Origin: a virus
Taxonomy: Duplodnaviria; Caudoviricetes
IMG/VR virus record: IMGVR_UViG_3300042923_000886
Location: 1 to 54,063 of that record
Strand: one strand, 5' to 3'
DNA length: 54,063 nucleotides
Under the pieces are notes generated by a model that was given only the letters and a program-made list of their open reading frames with translations, ran no database searches and was not told the DNA's origin. Within the stretch, counting starts at the first letter, position 1, and every line of letters starts with the position of its first letter. Below are positions 36,670-45,111 of this stretch, piece after piece. The position numbers were made by a program, and so were the translations under genes.

Positions 36670-37482
36670 TTAATATCCTACTGCTTTGACACCATATTCG
36701 GCTTGATCACTTGTAAATCCTTCATACACCAATTGGTCGATTAGTTCTGTGCGTGAGAATGAAGAGGTATCAAGATAATTTTGCGCGCAGGCTGTAGCTT
36801 GTTCATTCCAATCTGCGCCACAGTTATCAGCACCATATGTAGCTTCATCAGTTGTATATTTTTCATATTCTAACTGTTCAATCAACCCACTATATGAGAA
36901 TGAAGTGGTATCAAGGTAGTTTAAAGCAGCAGCTAATGCTTGTTCATTCCAATTTGCACCACAGTTATCAGCCGCAAAAGTTGCATCTTCAATAGAATAA
37001 TTTTCATATTCTAATTGATCAATAAGGCCAAAATAAGAAAATGGCGTAAAAGACAAATAGTTATTAGCAGACTTTAATGCGTTTTCCTCCGACAATGTCA
37101 TTTCGGAAACAGTTGTTTCTTCTGTCGGGGTTATCGTAGGCTCTAAAGTAGGTTTCTCAGTTGGAACAACTTTGTTATCACTCTCCACTGCAGTTTCTGT
37201 TATATCTGCAGAATAATCTGTTGTTATGCTGGCATCATCGCCTTGGTTCATCATAGATCCAATCACACCTATCATGAAAAATAATCCAATAACAATCAGG
37301 ATAGCGGTTAAGCAACCGCGCTTTTTCTTTTTAGGTTGTTGCGTATAAGGACTTTGCTGATATTGTTGTTCAAGTATAACTGGCGGTGGTACTTGCTGTG
37401 ATTGATTTTGCTGTTGTGCCGGAGTTCCACAACTTGAGCAAAAATTACCACTGAATTCTGTTCCGCATTTATTACATATCAT
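36670..37482 (-). CDS. Ltp-family superinfection-exclusion membrane protein
   Basis: Zn ribbon CxxCG/CxxCG, TM helix, three A..YL...FS..GLI.QLEYE repeats. Confidence 0.88.
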   Translation of the reverse strand: MICNKCGTEFSGNFCSSCGTPAQQQNQSQQVPPPVILEQQYQQSPYTQQPKKKKRGCLTAILIVIGLFFMIGVIGSMMNQGDDASITTDYSADITETAVESDNKVVPTEKPTLEPTITPTEETTVSEMTLSEENALKSANNYLSFTPFSYFGLIDQLEYENYSIEDATFAADNCGANWNEQALAAALNYLDTTSFSYSGLIEQLEYEKYTTDEATYGADNCGADWNEQATACAQNYLDTSSFSRTELIDQLVYEGFTSDQAEYGVKAVGY

Positions 37483-37663
37483 GTATAATACCTCCCATAA
37501 TTATATATTATTTTACATATTATAACTCTATCGGTATATTTTGTCAAAAAAGAAAACCATACATCACTGCAGGGCCTTCCGACAACTCTAATCTAGTTTT
37601 TTGGGATAATTTGATTTTAACACCATTATAAGATTATTCATAGTACAAAAATTATTATACTTT

Positions 37664-37894
37664 TTATCTAATTTTACCAAATTTGATGTAGTATACCAAA
37701 TTACTATCATTGACACCAAACTTTTTATATAATAACATAATGGCTATAAATGCTAACACTGATATAATAACTATCCTGATTATATAGAACTTCTTTTCAT
37801 TTAATTGTACATCCTCATCTAGAATTATTCCATAATCAAACCACATTTCACCGGCATAAGCAAATAGAATTAAAACATTAAAAATAATACACAT
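37664..37894 (-). CDS. Small membrane protein
   Basis: RBS AGGAGGT; two hydrophobic segments. Confidence 0.55.
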   Translation of the reverse strand: MCIIFNVLILFAYAGEMWFDYGIILDEDVQLNEKKFYIIRIVIISVLAFIAIMLLYKKFGVNDSNLVYYIKFGKIR

Positions 37895-37929
37895 TTCTTA
37901 AGTACCTCCTTCTACATTATCATGGGTTA

Positions 37930-37985
37930 ATATTACTTATGACGTGTATGGGGATATACATACGAACATACAAGTCATATGTTGC
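37930..37985. other. Candidate att site of integrase 2 (attP-like imperfect inverted repeat)
   Basis: ACTTATGACGTGTATG-GGGATATA-CATACGAACATACAAGT adjacent to the int2 stop. Confidence 0.4.
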
Positions 37986-37987
37986 AA

Positions 37988-39577
37988 TTAAATATCCACA
38001 ACCTTAGGGTTTATGCTGATTGTGAAGTTAGTATTATCACGGTTTCCCTTCTTGTTGTGTTCGGTTTTTAGGTAACTGATACTAGAAACGATATCTCGTA
38101 AAGCATCATTCTTCGCGGCAGCAGTTGGAAGATCATAATAATGGGTTAGAATATTATCTGCCATGGGAATAAAGATATCATTATAATTCGACTGCTGAGC
38201 CAACGCGGATAATTCAATTTCTGTTTTATTAATCAATGATAATAACCGTTCTCCCTCCTCCTCAATCTTCTTGTTACGTTCCTTAAAGATATCAACGGAA
38301 TAGACTCCTTGCTCTAAGAGCGTATATAGTTTATCTCTTTGAGTATTTAACTTCTCATGATTTGATCTTAGCTGTTCCAGTACCATTTCAGTATCCTTGA
38401 TTGCCTTGGAATATGGCATATCAAATCTCTCGGATTCCCACTTTGCCTTAAAATTAATAAGCCAATTACGCAGTGCATCAATCACAACTTCTTCCACTAG
38501 ATAGAGGGGGGAAGATATATTATCACAATACACATTCGGACATTTGATGGTATCATACGGTGTCTTAGTATTCTGTGCTAGCCTGGTCATTAAAGTTCCA
38601 CACTTGGAACAGTAGATCAGTCCGGTAAGAGGGTTCTTCAATATGCTACTACCAGGTACCGGAGCATGTCCTCTCTTAGCAATTACAGTTTGAACCTCTT
38701 TGAAGGTAGCTTCACTGATGATAGGTTCATGTAAGCCTTTTACTTCGATGTATTCTTCTGACTTTCTCCGAACCTTAGATATTTTACTGTCCTTTGCAAC
38801 CTTTTTCTCCTTGCGATAGGACCAGCGGATCATTCCGAAGTAAACAGGGTTCTTCAATATGTCGGTAATAGAAGACTTGGTCCATTTATCATTGACAAGT
38901 GGTTTAATTCCAATTTCATTCAGTTTCCGCGCTATTCTGGTAGCACCTAATTTGAGGTAAGTATTATCCGGTTGCAGATCACCGATGGTATACCACTCGA
39001 AGATCTTCTTAATAATATCTGCCTGTTCGGGTATTATAGTAAGCGTAAATCCTTTATCACCGGCTATCTTGATCCTATCATAACCATAGGGAGCGGTTGA
39101 ACCAAGAAATTTCCCTTCCTTTGCAGATGCAATACGTCCACGCTGGATACGTCTATTTATTGTCTTATACTCTCGTCGGCTCATAAAGAGATTAAATTCG
39201 AAGTACTCTTCATCAAACTCATTCTCAGGATCAAAAGTCTTATTAGGAGTGATAATCTTAGTATTAGAGATCTTAAAAGCTTGTGCAACTAACCCTTGAT
39301 CAATGGTATCTCCTCTGGCAAGTCGTTCTATCTCCATGACCAAGACACCATCCCAGGCACTTTCTGATACTTCGGTTAACAATTGTTGCATAACTGGACG
39401 TGCAGCAATAGTCTCACCAGATACAACCTCTCGGTAAATATCAGTTACATGGATCCGTAGTTTATTGGCTAACGATAATAGATGCTTTTCATGGCGAAGA
39501 AGTGTCTCGACTTCACCTTGAGCTTCTAATTCAATATCAGCTCTGGATTTTCTTAAGTACATCACATACTTTGCCAT
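37988..39577 (-). CDS. int: Large serine recombinase (integrase 2, YLRKSR type)
   Basis: YLRKSRAD, EVVSGE, RLARGD, PYGY, CSKCG; RBS GGAGG. Confidence 0.95.
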   Translation of the reverse strand: MAKYVMYLRKSRADIELEAQGEVETLLRHEKHLLSLANKLRIHVTDIYREVVSGETIAARPVMQQLLTEVSESAWDGVLVMEIERLARGDTIDQGLVAQAFKISNTKIITPNKTFDPENEFDEEYFEFNLFMSRREYKTINRRIQRGRIASAKEGKFLGSTAPYGYDRIKIAGDKGFTLTIIPEQADIIKKIFEWYTIGDLQPDNTYLKLGATRIARKLNEIGIKPLVNDKWTKSSITDILKNPVYFGMIRWSYRKEKKVAKDSKISKVRRKSEEYIEVKGLHEPIISEATFKEVQTVIAKRGHAPVPGSSILKNPLTGLIYCSKCGTLMTRLAQNTKTPYDTIKCPNVYCDNISSPLYLVEEVVIDALRNWLINFKAKWESERFDMPYSKAIKDTEMVLEQLRSNHEKLNTQRDKLYTLLEQGVYSVDIFKERNKKIEEEGERLLSLINKTEIELSALAQQSNYNDIFIPMADNILTHYYDLPTAAAKNDALRDIVSSISYLKTEHNKKGNRDNTNFTISINPKVVDI

Positions 39578-39589
39578 AATAATTCCTCC

Positions 39590-39712
39590 ATAATAAAAAG
39601 CTCTGGTTGATATTGGCCAGAGCTTAGAGTACAATAATAAAAACGGTATCTAAGCTCTGACCAGCTGGATATCGTTGACGCTCCTGTTCGCAGCAGGAGC
39701 GTTTTTTTATTT
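39590..39712. promoter_or_regulatory. Putative antisense-controlled attenuator in the int2 leader
   Basis: + strand TTGATA-17-TACAAT and terminator 39678-39710; - strand terminator 39593-39625 with an alternative pairing partner at 39651-39664. Confidence 0.55.
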
Positions 39713-39714
39713 AA

Positions 39715-40074
39715 TTATAAACCGAATTGGGCTTTAAGTACAACTTTGCCGTCTTGAAAAGTAATATTAGCATTAGAAATTCCGTTATATCCATACCATA
39801 TATAAATCTGAGTAGCATATTCGTTTCCAATGCCTAAATCAACGGAACTAAGTAATTCGCCTTGTTCACCTATAATGTTAGAGACATCTTCATATGACAT
39901 TCCGATTTGTATACTATTAAATTCAGATTTAGAAATACCTTTATTATTCATAGAATGGATTATAATGTATGATACACTTATTATTATAATAAGTGAACAA
40001 ACAACAACAAATATAATTTTATAAACATCTTTAAAGAAATCATTATTAAATTGTTCTAAATCATCAGCCTTCAT
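39715..40074 (-). CDS. Membrane-anchored BLIP/DUF3862-like protein
   Basis: TM helix; EFNSIQIGMSYEDV..IIG, ANITFQDGKV..KAQFGL. Confidence 0.75.
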   Translation of the reverse strand: MKADDLEQFNNDFFKDVYKIIFVVVCSLIIIISVSYIIIHSMNNKGISKSEFNSIQIGMSYEDVSNIIGEQGELLSSVDLGIGNEYATQIYIWYGYNGISNANITFQDGKVVLKAQFGL

Positions 40075-40223
40075 TTGTATGACCACCTTCCATATTATAG
40101 GAATATAATAAACCCATTAAGCGGAAAAAGCAATTATAAAAACTATATATCAAACTAGCTTAATAAAATAAATAAAATAATATTGGGTTCAATACCTTTA
40201 GACAATACTTTAAAAAATAATGC

Positions 40224-40298
40224 AAACAAATGTTCTAAAAGACTTGATATGTCCGTGGTAAGTAGTATACTGTGATTACTACCTTAGAACGTGCGTTT
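40224..40298 (+). promoter_or_regulatory. Two LexA boxes flanking a SigA promoter
   Basis: AAAC-AAAT-GTTC (40224), GAAC-GTGC-GTTT (40287); TTGATA..TATACT. Confidence 0.65.
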
Positions 40299-40322
40299 GA
40301 TTAACAAAGGAGGGCTTACATA

Positions 40323-40427
40323 GTGGGCATTAATGAACTTAAGGAATTCATAATTGATTTAATCAAAGGCATTGACGATGTAAATATCTTAACAAAGATT
40401 TATACCGTCGTTAAAAACTTAATATGA
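40323..40427 (+). CDS. 34-aa SOS-regulated peptide, putative antirepressor
   Basis: RBS AAAGGAGG; MGINELKEFIIDLIKGIDDVNILTKIYTVVKNLI; convergent with cI2. Confidence 0.6.
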   Translation: MGINELKEFIIDLIKGIDDVNILTKIYTVVKNLI

Positions 40428-40457
40428 TTTAAAGAAAAAGAGTAGGTTACCAATGAC

Positions 40458-40826
40458 CTACTCTTTACTCTTATCTGCAATATGTATTATGAAGTCTTTA
40501 AGTAGTCTTTTCCCATTTTCATCAAGCTTCCAATACTCGATCAGTGCTTGCATTGCTAATTTATCATTTGCCTTAGATATCTGAGCGGCAGCCTTGAAAA
40601 ATTCATCTTCTTCAGGAACCTCTACGAACATGCTTCCTTCTCCGGTCCGGAGCCAATTCTCATTAACATTAAACTCCCTGCATATTGAAATAAAGACTTG
40701 ATCAGTTACGCTGCGTTCACCACTTTCAATTCTTGATACAGCAGCTCTTGTTATTCCTATTTTATCTCCTAACTCAGATTGAGTTAATTTTAGATATACT
40801 CGCAATTCTTTTATACGCTCGTTCAA
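40458..40826 (-). CDS. XRE-HTH repressor of prophage 2
   Basis: ERIKELR..LKLTQ.ELG..IG...IESG, NVNENWLRTGEGSMF. Confidence 0.9.
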   Translation of the reverse strand: MNERIKELRVYLKLTQSELGDKIGITRAAVSRIESGERSVTDQVFISICREFNVNENWLRTGEGSMFVEVPEEDEFFKAAAQISKANDKLAMQALIEYWKLDENGKRLLKDFIIHIADKSKE

Positions 40827-40863
40827 TTAATCACCCCTTTCACAAACATAATAACAGAGATTA

Positions 40864-40940
40864 GTTCCAAAGTCAACAAAATATCAAAATATGTGTTGAC
40901 AAACGTTCCAAAGACACCTATAATGTAACCATAGACAACA
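40864..40940 (+). promoter_or_regulatory. Lytic promoter TTGACA-17-TATAAT with repeated operators GTTCCAAAG(T/A)CA(A/C)C
   Basis: Consensus -35 at 40896, -10 at 40919; repeats at 40864 and 40905. Confidence 0.8.
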
Positions 40941-40977
40941 AAAACAGTTTTTGTACGACACTGAAAGGAGACATTTT

Positions 40978-41166
40978 ATGAGTGATCAAAACAAACCTAC
41001 GACAAACGATAAAAACTATTCTCATCTTACTGAAAATGATCTTACAGAAGGAAAAGAGATTAACGAACTAATGAGTGGTTTAGATGAACAGACCAAGAAA
41101 TTAGTGCTTGTATATGCCAGGGGATTAAGTGATATGCAAGCAGCAGGAGAAAAGAGGACAGCCTAG
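40978..41166 (+). CDS. First early protein of prophage 2
   Basis: RBS AAAGGAG. Confidence 0.7.
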   Translation: MSDQNKPTTNDKNYSHLTENDLTEGKEINELMSGLDEQTKKLVLVYARGLSDMQAAGEKRTA

Positions 41167-41198
41167 CCATTGGCTAGGCTGAGAAAGGATGAATAACA

Positions 41199-41378
41199 AT
41201 GGATGAGAACATTCGATTAATGAACTTAACTGTAGTAAAAGACGGTACAAAAACAAGAATATTTCTCAATAATACTGAAATTAAAAATGTTACTTACCTT
41301 AATATTAAGAGTCCAGAAGATAGCCCAACAGAACTCACACTCACTATGTTGGTAAATTACCCTGTAGAGCAGAATTAA
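41199..41378 (+). CDS. Hypothetical 59-aa protein
   Basis: RBS AAAGGA; IFLNNTEIKNVT...TELTLTM. Confidence 0.6.
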   Translation: MDENIRLMNLTVVKDGTKTRIFLNNTEIKNVTYLNIKSPEDSPTELTLTMLVNYPVEQN

Positions 41379-41452
41379 TCATTGATGTAACAACTCCTGA
41401 AGCAATTTTCATAAGCACATCAAGCGAAGATGAGCCTATGCTTTTAGCACCT
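41357..41452 (-). pseudogene. C-terminal remnant of a DUF2513-like gene
   Basis: AKSIGSSSLDVLMKIASGVVTSMINSALQG-stop, no start. Confidence 0.45.
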
Positions 41453-41477
41453 CTAGATAGGCAGAGAAAGGAGAAAC

Positions 41478-41633
41478 ATGTTTGCAATACTATACTTCAT
41501 AGCATTAATAATATTGATAAGCTCAGCGATAAGAAGGGGATTAGAGAATGCCTTTGAATTCATTATTTTCTTTATTCTGCTGTGGGTCACATTGATGAAG
41601 TTTGCAGAAAGCCTAATTTCTCTAATCCAATAG
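41478..41633 (+). CDS. 51-aa two-TM protein
   Basis: RBS AAAGGAG; MFAILYFIALIILISS...FIIFFILLWV. Confidence 0.55.
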   Translation: MFAILYFIALIILISSAIRRGLENAFEFIIFFILLWVTLMKFAESLISLIQ

Positions 41634-41700
41634 TGAATAATCCAAATAAAATAACTACGAAATAGAGCTAAGCAAATCAGGGAAGGAGGATAAAACGTTC

Positions 41701-41859
41701 ATGTTAGAAAATATTGACAAAACAATTAATACACTATGTGAGTGTATTCAGAATGTGGCTGCTAAGAATGTAGCAAACGGGGAGACTGCTGAATTAACAA
41801 AAGCTCTTGCAACATTATTAGTTGCAAGAGCTAATGCATCAACTACGTTTCTTCAGTAG
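41701..41859 (+). CDS. 52-aa hypothetical protein
   Basis: RBS AAGGAGG; ELTKALATLLVARA. Confidence 0.65.
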   Translation: MLENIDKTINTLCECIQNVAAKNVANGETAELTKALATLLVARANASTTFLQ

Positions 41860-42019
41860 TATCTGGATCTAAATTATCGAATACAGTTTTAAAAAAGGTA
41901 GTAACTTCTTTTGCGGTCAAGTTTGGCTTGTCCCAGACTGTAAGCATTTTATGTTCGATCGCAAGAAGAGTGCATTCTTTAGCAAATGCAATTTTAGCTT
42001 CGGTGTTCATTTTTACCAT
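41843..42019 (-). CDS. 58-aa leftward accessory protein
   Basis: RBS GGGAGG, extended -10 TGGTATAAT; AKECTLLAIEH...AKEVTTFFKTVFDNL. Confidence 0.65.
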   Translation of the reverse strand: MVKMNTEAKIAFAKECTLLAIEHKMLTVWDKPNLTAKEVTTFFKTVFDNLDPDTTEET

Positions 42020-42114
42020 AATAATATATCCTCCCTTTCGTATTTCGCATGCCAGCGATAAGGGGATTATACCACGATATTACATATTATGCCATTAAAA
42101 CCGCCGAAAGGCGG

Positions 42115-42170
42115 TGGCACTAATACAGCCCAAGCCGGTCCCAAGCCCGGATTAATGTAGAGGGATGCCA
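42115..42170 (+). ncRNA. Twister ribozyme (type P1)
   Basis: UGGCAC-UAA-UACA-GCCCAA-GCCGG-UCCCAAGC-CCGG-AUUAA-UGUA-GAGGG-AUGCCA; P1, P2, P4 and pseudoknot elements present. Confidence 0.92.
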
Positions 42171-42372
42171 GATTACCCGATCTGAGAGATGTTTAACAAG
42201 TTTTACTGGTTTTTAATGAGAAAACCTTGAAAGCCGAAGGAATTGCAGTTAGCTGCTATCGGTTGCAACGTATCAACAATTCGTCTTTGGCATTGGCCAG
42301 AAAAGAGGAGATTGCACGTAGGATATGCAGGTTTTATCGCTCTTACCATAAGGAGCGACGATCGGGTATCTA
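42171..42372 (+). ncRNA. Putative ~200-nt structured RNA
   Basis: Closing stem TACCCGATC/GATCGGGTA; nested AAAACCT/AGGTTTT, AGCCGA/TCGGTT, GCAG-TTAG-CTGC, TCGCTC/GAGCGA; no credible ORF. Confidence 0.55.
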
Positions 42373-42425
42373 TATGGAAACAAGTACAGACATATTGTCA
42401 TAGCATATAGAGAAAGTATTATGGG

Positions 42426-42629
42426 GTGACCATGATGGTATTAAAAGAAATGCAGATTAGGCAAGCAAAGGTTATCTTCGTTGATGATTACATATCCAAG
42501 AACAATGTAACTAAAGAGCAATCAGTTGAGGTATTAAATCGAGTAGCTGCAAGGATGCAACTGCAGTTAACAATGCAGTTAAATGCGAAAAGAGCTGCCG
42601 GGATCGATACAGATAAGCCTTCAGAGTAG
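42426..42629 (+). CDS. Hypothetical protein
   Basis: AKVIFVDDYI; RBS GGGGTG. Confidence 0.65.
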   Translation: MTMMVLKEMQIRQAKVIFVDDYISKNNVTKEQSVEVLNRVAARMQLQLTMQLNAKRAAGIDTDKPSE

Positions 42630-42649
42630 AAGGCAGGAGGGACAAGCCT

Positions 42650-42763
42650 ATGAATTATGATGAATTTACTTTACTGGATTGTACCGCATTATTTGATTTT
42701 AAAAACATTTCCGTGGTAATAGAGAATGGCCATATAACGGAATTGGTAGATAACAGAAATTAA
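42650..42763 (+). CDS. 37-aa protein
   Basis: RBS AGGAGG; MNYDEFTLLDC...VIENGHI. Confidence 0.55.
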   Translation: MNYDEFTLLDCTALFDFKNISVVIENGHITELVDNRN

Positions 42764-42777
42764 GAGGAGGATTACTA

Positions 42778-43449
42778 ATGATTAACAACACAGCTTTAAT
42801 TGTAGGAACAGTATTTTCAGAACCTCAATATGACCACACGGTCATGGACGAGAAATTCTATCTATTCTATGTAAGCTCCATGAGAAGGAGCAATATACCG
42901 GATGTTCTTCCGGTGATCATTTCAGAAAAATTATTAGAATCAAATATTGGATACTTAGGTATGAGGGTTGAGCTTAAAGGATCCTTCCGGAGTCATAATC
43001 TTCATAAGGATGGAAGAAGCTATAAACTGTTATTTATATTTACAGAATATCTGAAGTTAACAGACCAGATGGAAGATGTAAATGAGATATCTCTAGAAGG
43101 ACACCTTTGTAGACAGGCCGTGTACCGTGAGACACCATTAGGTAGACAGATATCGGATATTAACCTGGCAGTCAATAGACCATTTGGAAAATCGGATTAC
43201 ATTCCAGTGCTAATGTGGGCTCGTAATGCAGTGGTTGTATCAACATTGCCGGTAGGTTCCTGTATTAAGATTAGTGGCAGAATGCAAAGCCGGTGGTATC
43301 AGAAAAAACTTGAAGATGGACAAGTAGAAGATCGTTGCTGCTATGAAGTATCTGCCTATTGGATGGAACAGATTAGCTCAAGCTCTGGAGGTGTAAGTGA
43401 TGCAGAGTACTGTGACAAAGAAAGAGAGCAAGATCAGATATTACAATGA
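42778..43449 (+). CDS. ssb: Single-stranded DNA-binding protein (tandem OB)
   Basis: YRETPLGRQISD..LAVNRPFGKSDYIP, GRMQSR. Confidence 0.9.
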   Translation: MINNTALIVGTVFSEPQYDHTVMDEKFYLFYVSSMRRSNIPDVLPVIISEKLLESNIGYLGMRVELKGSFRSHNLHKDGRSYKLLFIFTEYLKLTDQMEDVNEISLEGHLCRQAVYRETPLGRQISDINLAVNRPFGKSDYIPVLMWARNAVVVSTLPVGSCIKISGRMQSRWYQKKLEDGQVEDRCCYEVSAYWMEQISSSSGGVSDAEYCDKEREQDQILQ

Positions 43450-43606
43450 CGGAATCACCAGAGTTACCGATGCATTATGGACAGTAAGCTGTCCGGAATG
43501 CGGACATGATAACTGGAGTCTTACATATGGATGGGTGTGTCCGGTTTGCGGATCAGTAAATGCAGTATATACCAATCCAACGGTAAAAATAAGCCCGTCC
43601 TCTTAG
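43397..43606 (+). CDS. Zn-ribbon protein
   Basis: CPECG...CPVCG; RBS GGAGGT. Confidence 0.6.
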   Translation: MMQSTVTKKESKIRYYNDGITRVTDALWTVSCPECGHDNWSLTYGWVCPVCGSVNAVYTNPTVKISPSS

Positions 43607-43685
43607 GCGAGAGGGCGGGCAAGTCAGCCAATATGCTAACGAAATCTGATATAAAAATCTTAGCATATAAGCGTCTGAAAGTCAA
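43585..43685 (-). ncRNA. Putative countertranscript (ctRNA) upstream of rep2
   Basis: TTGACT-17-TAAGAT with TG; same two hairpins as 5864-5967 with different loops. Confidence 0.6.
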
Positions 43686-43784
43686 GAAAATAAGAGGTTT
43701 TGACCTCTTTTCCCGACCTTGTAATAGGTATTATTTCAACAACCATCACTTAGACAATTACATAATAGGAGTGTATATCTGTTC

Positions 43785-44636
43785 ATGGCTAAGATTTATG
43801 ATTATGATCCAGATGATATATACGACAGAGAAATCCTTGGAGAAGAGACACACGAAGAAAAGATAGAGCAGCTTAGAGGTAAGAATTATCAGTACGTGGT
43901 GAAAACGGTTGTGAGCGGACAAGTAGTAGAGAGTGAGATCTATCCGGTATACACCAATAAAAGGAATACTCCACGCAAGGATAAGGAGAAACCATCCAGA
44001 GGAGCACAAAGAAACTTAAATGATAAAAATGCTAAGAAGAAGATCACTCGATTAGTTAATGCGAATTTCACATCAAAGGATCTGGCGGTAACTCTTACTT
44101 ATGCGGATCATTATCTTCCGACAGAGGAGCAAGCAAGAAAAGATATGCAAAACTTCCTCAGGAGATTGAAACGGTACCGGAAAAAGAATGGGCTTCCTGA
44201 TCTGAAATATATCTATGTACTCGGTTGTGTCCCGGAGGGTAAGGCTACAAAGAAGGTTAGAGTTCATCACCATTTGATCATTAATGAAATGGACCGGGAT
44301 GTAGTAGAGAGCTTCTGGGATAAAGGAAGAAGGGAAACAAAAAGATTACAGCCGGATGATTTTGGGTTCGAGGGTTTGGCTAGATACATGGCGAACCAGA
44401 ACTGCGGATCCAAACGATGGTATGCTTCTAGGAACCTTCAGCAACCAAAGGTATATAAGAGCTATACCAAATTATCAAAGCGAAAAGCAGAGAAACTCTT
44501 TCGTATGGAGCTAGATCACGAAGAGACGTTTGAAAAGATGTACAAGGGCAAGTATAAATTTACTGACTGTAAGAGGTATGAGAGTAATTTCACTGGAGGA
44601 TTTTATTTATACTGCCACATGATCAGAAAAGATTGA
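43785..44636 (+). CDS. HUH-superfamily rolling-circle-type replication initiator
   Basis: Motif I TLTY, NFLRRLK, motif II HHHLII, motif III LARYMAN, WYASRNL. Confidence 0.78.
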   Translation: MAKIYDYDPDDIYDREILGEETHEEKIEQLRGKNYQYVVKTVVSGQVVESEIYPVYTNKRNTPRKDKEKPSRGAQRNLNDKNAKKKITRLVNANFTSKDLAVTLTYADHYLPTEEQARKDMQNFLRRLKRYRKKNGLPDLKYIYVLGCVPEGKATKKVRVHHHLIINEMDRDVVESFWDKGRRETKRLQPDDFGFEGLARYMANQNCGSKRWYASRNLQQPKVYKSYTKLSKRKAEKLFRMELDHEETFEKMYKGKYKFTDCKRYESNFTGGFYLYCHMIRKD

Positions 44637-44652
44637 GAAAGGATGAGAGATA

Positions 44653-45111
44653 GTGGAGGTAACGATTTATATTGATGCATACCATACGGGACACCTCAAA
44701 TATGGTACAGGTACATACAATATGCTCCTGGAGTATATCACAGATAAGGGACCGGTAACGAAGCAGGTATACGGAGGGATCAGAAAGACAACAGCGAACC
44801 GGACAGCGGTTGCTGCCTGCATAGATGCCTTGGAGCAAATTGTTCTACCATGTGATATTGAGATAGTAATCAACTCGGAGTATGTGACACAGGCTATTAA
44901 TTCAAATGAATGGTTTAAGTGGATGAATACCGGTAAGAACGCAAAGGGGAAGCCGGCCAAGAATATGGACCTATGGCAGCGGCTCTTTGAACTGGTAGAC
45001 AAGTATCATGTGACATTTGAATATGCAAAGAGCAATCAATATACGCTGTGCATGATATCAATGGCCAAGAAAGTAAAGATTGAATTTAAGGAGGATGAAG
45101 GCAATGTTTGA
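44653..45111 (+). CDS. RNase H-fold protein, catalytically degenerate
   Basis: VTIYID, TTANRTAV.A, INSEYV, KNMDLWQ. Confidence 0.8.
   Translation: MEVTIYIDAYHTGHLKYGTGTYNMLLEYITDKGPVTKQVYGGIRKTTANRTAVAACIDALEQIVLPCDIEIVINSEYVTQAINSNEWFKWMNTGKNAKGKPAKNMDLWQRLFELVDKYHVTFEYAKSNQYTLCMISMAKKVKIEFKEDEGNV

Noticed and set aside
37926-37945. attR of prophage 1 (TATTACTTATG resembles the inverted attL phage arm TATTACATATG)
   Set aside because: Not followed by comM PCPCG codons; a short AT-rich match can be chance
42174-42200. Hammerhead ribozyme at CTGAGAG after the stem
   Set aside because: Core is not CUGANGA, and no GAAA/stem III/UH arrangement precedes the closing strand
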